Assembly: GCA_963718915.1 (NCBI GenBank)
Contig: CAVRAI010000013.1
Coordinates: 1-32,000, forward strand
Direction: 5' to 3'
DNA length: 32,000 bases
DNA from: an uncultured Chloroflexia bacterium
Lineage (GTDB): Bacteria > Chloroflexota > Ktedonobacteria > Ktedonobacterales > JADMIN01
Under the pieces are notes generated by a model that was given only the letters and a program-made list of their open reading frames with translations, had not been told where the DNA came from and did no database searches. Positions 25,943-32,000 of the stretch are shown here, piece after piece; within the stretch, counting starts at the first letter, position 1; every line of letters begins with the position of its first letter. Both the position numbers and the translations under genes were made by a program.

Positions 25943-26602
25943 GTCCATTCCTCCTGTTTGGGCCGTGTGCTGCGCGAGACTCCCCGAGAGTCTCCCCAAA
26001 GACAAGACGACTGGATGCGCGCTGGTTTACGGGAGCGAGGGGTGTTATGGTATCGACCGATGCGTCATGAGCGCCTCCATTGATGCCCATGAGCATACTA
26101 CCTGTGTCAATCACCGTCTGGACTGAGCACTAGTTTACGGAAACGCATGCCTGCTGGTAGCGTCTCGTTATGGATTCACCTCTAGAATGAGTGTGGAAGT
26201 ACCCATGGATTCGCCCCCTCGCTGAAGAAGACCAGGGGGTTCTCCTGGCAGCCGCAAGGGAGTATAGCTCGCGCTTTTCCGCCAAAGGTCCTGTGCGCAG
26301 TATGCCAGGTTTTCCTCTCACGGCATGACCATCTGGACCATGATGTGACGTGCCACGAGCGTGCGCAGCCGCCGCAGAGCCTAGAAGGGTCGCACATGGT
26401 CGGCTGGTATACTCCAGCTGGGACGCTACACAATCCGCTGCCGCGCGTTGTCGTGAGGCGTGATGCTTCTGGATATACTTACCGTTCGTCTTCCGATTGG
26501 CGTGATGCTCTTCAGAACAGTACTCACAAGGGTGGGATGACCGCCTGGATCTGGATCAGTTGGATGACTACCTCCAAGCGCAACAAGAACAGGAGAGCAC
26601 TA

Positions 26603-27045
26603 GTGACACGTCACCAGCTTCATTCGGCAGTCATCAACCTGCCGAATGAGCGCGAGATTGTTATCACGCGGGAGTTCGACGCGCCGATGCCCTCGTCTTC
26701 GACGTCTTCACGACACGGGACCGGGCCGAGATGGCGCGCACGGAAGGAGAGGAGCTAAAGGTCTGCGAGATCGACCTGCGTGTTGGAGGGAACTATCACC
26801 AGGTCTTCGTGGGCGACGACGGATCTGAGGCGTCGTTTCGTGGGATCTTCTTGGAGATCGAGCCGCCGACCCGGGTCGTCGCCACCTGGCTCTACGACGG
26901 GTGGCCCGATGCGGAGGCCGTCGAGTCGATCGACCTGCACGAGACGCAGGGTGTGACGACGCTGACGTATCGGCTCGCGTTCCGCGACCAAGTCGGCCGT
27001 GCCCCCTTGCCCAATATCGCGAAAGGCATGGTGGCCATGCAATAG
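26603..27045 (+). pseudogene. AHSA1/SRPBCC-family protein, frame slip near 26685
   Basis: GTG 26603 follows AGGAGA. ..VINLPNEREIVITREFDAP (ORF 26345..26758) continues in the next frame as LVFDVFTTRDRAEMARTEGEELKVCEIDLRVGGNYHQVFVGDDG..FRGIFLEIEPPTRVVATW (ORF 26731..27045). Confidence 0.75.
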
Positions 27046-27480
27046 TCTACGTCCTGATGACGACACTGATTTCATCACAATTACCGGATACTGAGGGCGT
27101 CAGAAATGGCATACTAGTGGCGCCGGTGGTACCGGCGGAGGGGTTTGGGGACGCCTCCTGCCAAATATCTTGCGGTCGCTGGCAGCATGTGTCCCTTTTG
27201 CCCCCACCCCGACTAGTCGCACAGTGCCGTGCAAAGCGAATTGCTCGCCATGCTCGCCAGGCTTGTAACAGAGCGCTTGGAGAAGTTAATTGATCACGCG
27301 GACGGCTCAAGCTCCGACGACGCGTAGTCCGAATGGCTGACTGGAGCGGTATGTAACTCGGAGTACGTGATCCACGCCAATTTTCGCTGGCTTATCGTAC
27401 GCCCAAGAGCGAAGATTGAGGGGAGAGGACAACCACAACACAAGCCTATTCAGCACTATGAGCGCACCAGGAGACGAGCA

Positions 27481-27711
27481 ATGGCAAAGCAAACCCCACT
27501 CAAGCTGGGTGATCATGTCGTTATCCGGCCCGGCGAAGAACCCGACAGCCTCGTGGTCCGTGGGACGGTCGAGTCCAGGACCTGGAACAGCTTCACGCAG
27601 GATTACCAGTATGGGATTGCGGTGCCTTGGCCAGATGCGGAAGTACCCGAGGTGGTCACTGTCCATGATTGCGAGATCTGGGGAGTGCTCGACCACCGCA
27701 CCAACTACTGA
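27481..27711 (+). CDS. Small SH3/Tudor-like hypothetical protein (76 aa), paralogue of 28342..28563
   Basis: ATG 27481 follows AGGAGA; MAKQTPLKLGDHVVIRPGEE...VVTVHDCEIWGVL. It shares the LGDHV..(beta-rich)..V.HE/D.EI.G layout with the other copy. Confidence 0.65.
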   Translation: MAKQTPLKLGDHVVIRPGEEPDSLVVRGTVESRTWNSFTQDYQYGIAVPWPDAEVPEVVTVHDCEIWGVLDHRTNY

Positions 27712-27776
27712 GCGCGTCAACACCATCAGCCAGCAGCTGATATCAGTGATACCGGCTTTACCAGAGGTTCTGCAAC

Positions 27777-27872
27777 ATGAGTCGGTACGACATGGCGGTA
27801 CTCCTCGTGGTGGCGCTGGTCATCATCGGATTGCTCGTTATCCTGCTCCTCATCGTGGCGCAGAATGGGTAG
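27777..27872 (+). CDS. 31-aa single-TM hydrophobic peptide
   Basis: ATG 27777; MSRYDMAVLLVVALVIIGLLVILLLIVAQNG, TAG at 27870-27872. Too short for the ORF track; weak GAGG ~10 nt upstream. Confidence 0.35.
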   Translation: MSRYDMAVLLVVALVIIGLLVILLLIVAQNG

Positions 27873-27927
27873 AAAGAGAAAACATGCCACCTGACAACCG
27901 CTGGCAACGCTCTTCGTGTCTACATCC

Positions 27928-28197
27928 TCAATCCTGGCAGACATCGAGCATCCAGCGCTTGTTGTCTGGGATACTGACTCTGGGCGTTGCTTCGAAGTAC
28001 AGCTCGAAAATTTGATGGTCGGCGGTCTCGACGCGGTAGTAGGTACGATCCGCCGCCTCACCCGGCTCCCACCAGCGGGTCGCAAGCCGCCACATGTCGA
28101 GAACGCGAACGGGGTAGGTCGCAGCGCGCCAGGTGAAGGTAGTGTGTTGACCCTGATGATGGCGCACCTGCACCGACTCGCCGATGTGTCGTGTCAT
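27928..28197 (-). CDS. Small conserved-looking protein (89 aa) with WW / YYRV / FELY motifs
   Basis: ORF track; ..FTWRAATYPVRVLDMWRLATRWWEPGEAADRTYYRVETADHQIFELYFEA..WMLDVCQD. A degenerate paralogue lies at 21242-21471. From memory only, it resembles DUF6504-type proteins. Confidence 0.65.
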   Translation of the reverse strand: MTRHIGESVQVRHHQGQHTTFTWRAATYPVRVLDMWRLATRWWEPGEAADRTYYRVETADHQIFELYFEATPRVSIPDNKRWMLDVCQD

Positions 28198-28341
28198 GGG
28201 GTGAACCTCCTCCGCGCCTGTACGATGCCGTCAGCCGGTCTCCGTATCAACACTCTTCACAAGACAGCCTCTACGCGGCCAACGCCCAACACCGCCCAAC
28301 ATATTGCCGCCTAATGGGCCACCCGCTCGACAGGAAGGGAG

Positions 28342-28563
28342 TCAGACCAGTCCGGAGATTTCGTGCTCGTGAACGACCATCAACTCGGATTCCTCATCCT
28401 CAAGTTGGGGGACTTCTATGGTGTAGATGTGATCGCCTGTGCTGCCGTTCCAGGCGCATGCATGGACGACTCCGTGAAACTTCCCATCAGCTGACCACTC
28501 GTCTGTCTGGACGGCCACGTGGTCACCGAGATTGTAGCGGGGCGCCGGAGGGTATTGTGCCAT
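28342..28563 (-). CDS. Small SH3/Tudor-like hypothetical protein (73 aa), paralogue of 27481..27711
   Basis: Internal ATG 28563 of ORF 28342..28782; MAQYPPAPRYNLGDHVAVQTDEW...LMVVHEHEISGLV. Confidence 0.6.
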   Translation of the reverse strand: MAQYPPAPRYNLGDHVAVQTDEWSADGKFHGVVHACAWNGSTGDHIYTIEVPQLEDEESELMVVHEHEISGLV

Positions 28564-28694
28564 GGCGCATCTCTTTCTGTCTATCTGTCTATCTCTATAT
28601 GGAACAGCTATTGTACCACGTGTGCGACCTCCTGCTGCGTATACGGCGGAGACTGCGATGTATCGTTGTGTCTGTGAGCGTGCAGGTTGTGGGC

Positions 28695-28913
28695 TCACCC
28701 TCGCTCGTACGTCACCACGAGATCGGTATGCTGTGGCGCGAGATGGTAGATCAGTCCGACAGTTACGAACACTTGCCACCACGGATAGCGATGGTGTTGC
28801 TCGGTGATACTCCCGACGCGGTAGCCATACAGCGCCAAGTGCTGTGCATCACGTTCATACTCGCCTGACTTACCGTACGTGCGCACGATGAGATTCGAGG
28901 ATGTGTCTGCCAT
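28695..28913 (-). CDS. Hypothetical protein (72 aa)
   Basis: ORF track. Strong AAAGGAGGTGA SD ahead of ATG 28913. Confidence 0.65.
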   Translation of the reverse strand: MADTSSNLIVRTYGKSGEYERDAQHLALYGYRVGSITEQHHRYPWWQVFVTVGLIYHLAPQHTDLVVTYERG

Positions 28914-29048
28914 GACTCACCTCCTTTAGCAGGAGTATACCCGCTGCAATCGTCAGGCGAAGCGTCAATCCTGGCAGAGCTCGGATACCCAACGTCCCTT
29001 TCAGAGATACGCGCCAGTGTAAAGGGCGCCTAACGCGCCTTCGCCAGC

Positions 29049-29483
29049 TCACTCCAGCGCGTCGTACAGCATGGCGAGCGTGCCACCTACTTCATCTGCC
29101 AGCTGCGCGCTGGGGTATTTGCAGCGCTCGGCCCTGAACTCGGAGGTATCAGCGCCACTTGGGTCGAGGTTCAATGCTTTGAGGCTCGCCTGCCGCACGG
29201 CGATAGCATAGAGCCCCTCCAGACCTGCCAACCGCCGAGACTCAGCCAGCGATGTGGCGGGGTTGGCCCGCGTCGCGCGCTCTTGTTCGGACAACCGTCG
29301 ATGCTCTGCGGCTGCCACCGCCCGAACCTGGTGGATGGTGAGCAGATCCCCGCAGTCAAATGCACAGTACAGCGCCGCCTCCAGCGCATGGTAGGCCGCC
29401 TCTAGGTGGCCAGCGTCGAACAGGGTACGGTTTATGGAAAGCAGTTGGGTACAGCGTGCCGCCAGATCGTCGGACCATTTCAT
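29049..29483 (-). CDS. Helical hypothetical protein (144 aa)
   Basis: ORF track. GAGGAG SD ahead of ATG 29483. Confidence 0.65.
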   Translation of the reverse strand: MKWSDDLAARCTQLLSINRTLFDAGHLEAAYHALEAALYCAFDCGDLLTIHQVRAVAAAEHRRLSEQERATRANPATSLAESRRLAGLEGLYAIAVRQASLKALNLDPSGADTSEFRAERCKYPSAQLADEVGGTLAMLYDALE

Positions 29484-29663
29484 TGAGCACTCCTCTATGC
29501 GCTTCTAGGCGCTTCGTGCGCTTCCTGGGCTGTGGCAGCGAAACAGTCTGCGCGACACAGTCCCTGTCGTTGATTCATCCCGTCTACTCTGTTGCTTGCG
29601 CGAATTGCCACGGAGGTAGACATAAAAGAAGGGTGGCAACAACTATGCCACTGGCGCCAACCT

Positions 29664-29710
29664 GCTGGTCTTTGGTGCTGGTCTTTGGTGCTGGTCTTTG
29701 GTGCTGGTCT
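29664..29710. repeat. Tandem repeat GCTGGTCTTTGGT, 13-bp unit x ~3.7
   Basis: Read directly. It lies just after a possible ATG at 29645. Confidence 0.9.
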
Positions 29711-30157
29711 CCCTCCGCACTGCCAGTCAATTGGCCGTTGCCGAGGGTCACCGCCTTCGAGCTTGTTGAGCATGGGAAGCGCGAGTCTTGGACCTACGTC
29801 TCAAACAGCCCGCAGCGATCCAGCGACGGGTCGGCTGGTAGACGATGGGCCAGGGCGGAAAGACCGTTGAAAGCAGCCGCAGACAACCCTTTAGTAGAAA
29901 CGCCTCCCGACCCGAAGGCCACGGAGGCGTTGGCTGTTTCAGTGCTTTGAGGGCATCAGTCTGGTGGTCTTCCAGCCGACCTTCGGACGCTGCGGCGGGC
30001 TTATTACCACCTTGGAGCCGCTCCACCAACAGGTACTGGCTCTCCTTGGGGCATGCTGTGCGTGTTTCTACCGCGTCGATTGAGGACGGGACTACCTACG
30101 GGTGGTAAAGCAGCGGGCGCCTCCTATTCAGCTTTCCACGTCAGCCAAGTCAGCCAA

Positions 30158-31096
30158 CTAGCGATAGCCCATGTCAGTTGCTGGCAGGCCTGGGTCCTGC
30201 ACCTCGACCGTATAGCGCCAGCAATCCGGTTGCGTTCCATCAATGTCCGTCACGCCATAGATGCGGGCCAAGTCCGCGCTCGAGAGCACCTGCCCGGCGT
30301 ACTGACGACGTCCCGTGGGATCGGCCGCCAGCGTCACAATCCCGCGCGCCACGTAGGCGGGCGTCTCCGAGATGCAGAAGTGCGGCTCGTGCGCGAGCGC
30401 ATCGCGCCAGTTCTCTTCCGTCACGCCAAAGTCCTCCAGCATCTGCTCCGAGCGCATCCAGCCGGGGGTCACCGCCACTGCTGTACAACTCTCGTCTTCG
30501 AGTTCAGCCGCCAACGCCAGAGCGATCCGTTCGACGTTGGCCTTCACCAGATCGTAGTAGAAGCCGACATTGCGGCGAAAGGCCTTGTTGTACTCCGACG
30601 TGCCATCGGTCATCTCGACTACCAGCCCATCGCCCGTCCGCAGGATGAGCGGGAGCGCTTTGGCGCTCGTGATGAGGTGGGTATGCACCCCCATGCGCAG
30701 CATGTAGATCCCGCCCGTCAGGTCATGCTCCCAGAGCTTCTTCTCCCACTGCGTGTACTTGTGGCCACCGAAGATGTCATTGACGAGGATGTCCAACCGA
30801 CCGCGCTCCGCCTCGATGCGGGCCACGAGATCCTCCACCGCCTCCACATCCAAGTGATCGACGCGCAGGGCGCTGCCCTCTCCACCAGTCGCCTGCATCA
30901 GCTCGCCGGTTTCCTCGATGGTCTCAGGCCGATCCATATCTGACGAACCGGTCAAGCGACTGCTGCGCCCTGTGGCGTATACAAAAGCACCAGCTCTGCA
31001 GAGCTCAACGGCGATTGCGCGTCCTGCTCCGCGGGTAGCTCCGGCCACCAACGCGACCTTTCCCTGAAGTGAGCGGTCGACCAGCTGCTCTCCCAT
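30158..31096 (-). CDS. SDR-family oxidoreductase (312 aa, intact)
   Basis: ORF track; GKVALVAGATRGAGRAIAVEL.. Rossmann motif, ..NDIFGG.., full length without disruption. Confidence 0.9.
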   Translation of the reverse strand: MGEQLVDRSLQGKVALVAGATRGAGRAIAVELCRAGAFVYATGRSSRLTGSSDMDRPETIEETGELMQATGGEGSALRVDHLDVEAVEDLVARIEAERGRLDILVNDIFGGHKYTQWEKKLWEHDLTGGIYMLRMGVHTHLITSAKALPLILRTGDGLVVEMTDGTSEYNKAFRRNVGFYYDLVKANVERIALALAAELEDESCTAVAVTPGWMRSEQMLEDFGVTEENWRDALAHEPHFCISETPAYVARGIVTLAADPTGRRQYAGQVLSSADLARIYGVTDIDGTQPDCWRYTVEVQDPGLPATDMGYR

Positions 31097-31108
31097 GATT
31101 TACTCTCA

Positions 31109-31144
31109 CTTCTTCGGCTTCTTCGGCTTCTTCGGCTTCTTGGG
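31109..31144. repeat. Tandem repeat CTTCTTCGG, 9-bp unit x4, in the leader of the SDR gene
   Basis: Read directly, 13 nt upstream of ATG 31096 on the opposite strand. Confidence 0.9.
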
Positions 31145-31502
31145 CTACTGTGGTTCTTGAGACTTCGACCTTTCTTTATGCTTCTTGCTCGGTGCGATAA
31201 GACTGGTAACCCACATGCCACATGCCGCCGTCTGACAGAAATCCCCCAAAGCGCCCCCCATGACTGCGGAATGTGAGATACGTGGGAATACGTACGCTGG
31301 TTGCTCAATTTGTTCGATGCAAGGGTGCTATTGAGCGAAGGCGCTGAAGCTGGTGGCGGCGTAGCAAGCTGGAGTGATGGCCGCATGGAGCGAGCTTGCA
31401 AGCAATTGGTTCCGCGCCGCAGAATGGGACGGCCAGGGGGCAGTCTCCAGATAACCCTGCCGTAGAAGAAGCCCGCGAGACACGGCTATACGCTGCTCGC
31501 TC

Positions 31503-32000
31503 CTACACGATCAAGACCGCCTTCCCGGTCACTCGACGCTGCGTGATGTCGTTGAGCGCGTCCGCTGCCTGTTCCAGGGGATACCTGGCCGAGATGTGCG
31601 GTGTGAGCTTGCCCTCCTGTAGCCATGTGAGGAGTTGGCGCAGATTCTCCTGATTGTGCTGGGGATCGCGGACGGTGAAACTGCCCCAGAAGACGCCAAC
31701 AATTGAACAGCCCTTGAGGAGTGGTAGGTTGAGGGGGATACGGGGGATGTCGCCCGTGGTGAAACCAATCACCAGGAAGCGCCCATTCCAGGCCATGCCG
31801 CGCAGCGCTGCCTCGGAGTAGGCGCCGCCGACGGGGTCCACGACAACATCGACTCCCTGGCCATTGGTGAGGGCCTTGATGCGCTCCTTCAGGTCTTCGC
31901 TGACATAGTTGATGGTGGCGTCCGCGCCGTATTGGCGGCATATCGCCAGTTTCTCGTCGCTGGAGGCGGCCGCGATGACCCGCGCGCCGAGCACCTTCCC
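31503..32000 (-). CDS. Quinone oxidoreductase / MDR zinc-type alcohol dehydrogenase family, C-terminal part (5' end outside window)
   Basis: ORF 31503..31994 and open to the edge; ..LGARVIAAASSDEKLAICRQYGADATINY..GVDVVVDPVGG..GRFLVIGFTTG.. Confidence 0.85.
   Translation of the reverse strand, partial: GKVLGARVIAAASSDEKLAICRQYGADATINYVSEDLKERIKALTNGQGVDVVVDPVGGAYSEAALRGMAWNGRFLVIGFTTGDIPRIPLNLPLLKGCSIVGVFWGSFTVRDPQHNQENLRQLLTWLQEGKLTPHISARYPLEQAADALNDITQRRVTGKAVLIV

Noticed and set aside
26400-26640. Degraded ArsR/SmtB-type regulator upstream of the AHSA1-like gene, a common gene pair
   Set aside because: Suggestive pieces (LLDILTV.., ..LDLDQLDDYLQAQQEQE) are spread over three frames. I could not assemble a convincing wHTH, so the case is too weak to call.
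27307-27726. 139-aa minus-strand ORF
   Set aside because: It is antisense to the SD-led small gene 27481..27711. It has no SD and an unconvincing translation.
29880-29950. Similarity of ..NPLVETPPDPKATEALAVSVL to the C-terminus of the late gene at 20340-20400 (..VVTPPDPKAIEALAALAEL), as a remnant of a second phage copy
   Set aside because: Only ~10 aa or ~45 nt of moderate identity. The flanks show no further similarity, so it could be chance or a short shared motif.
30053-30943. 296-aa plus-strand ORF
   Set aside because: It is antisense to the intact SDR gene 30158..31096.

Overview
High-GC (~60%) bacterial window, annotated by eye from the sequence and the ORF track; no searches were run. 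Positions 1 to ~20.4 kb are part of an integrated phage-like element whose left end lies outside the window. It has three parts. (i) A leftward early operon (1-8160, minus strand) of small HTH, zinc-ribbon, membrane and unknown proteins, driven by a near-consensus promoter at 8210-8238 and interrupted by a 1.16-kb repeat-dense non-coding spacer (2134-3295). (ii) A 1.3-kb untranslated control region (8185-9517) containing an AT-rich block, a strongly T-depleted tract with iteron-like repeats, and a 7 x 12-bp array. (iii) A rightward late operon (9518-20436) encoding an HK97-type prohead protease, a scaffold-like/His-rich region, the major capsid protein, connector proteins, portal, TerS, TerL and a peptidase-type lysis candidate. 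I can recognise no tail genes, and the late-gene block order is unusual, so this may be a head-only satellite-like element or a prophage that lost its tail block. The remaining 20.8-32 kb looks chromosomal or accessory: an ABM-like protein, two SRPBCC proteins, a lipoprotein, a KGG stress protein, two SDRs, an MDR oxidoreductase, and small genes that include two paralogous pairs. Two window-wide peculiarities stand out. Conserved genes carry many frame disruptions plus one in-frame stop of each type; these are densest in the late module but also occur in host-type genes. Many intergenic spacers hold distinct 6-15-bp tandem repeat arrays. No rRNA, intact tRNA, CRISPR array, integrase or reverse transcriptase was seen.
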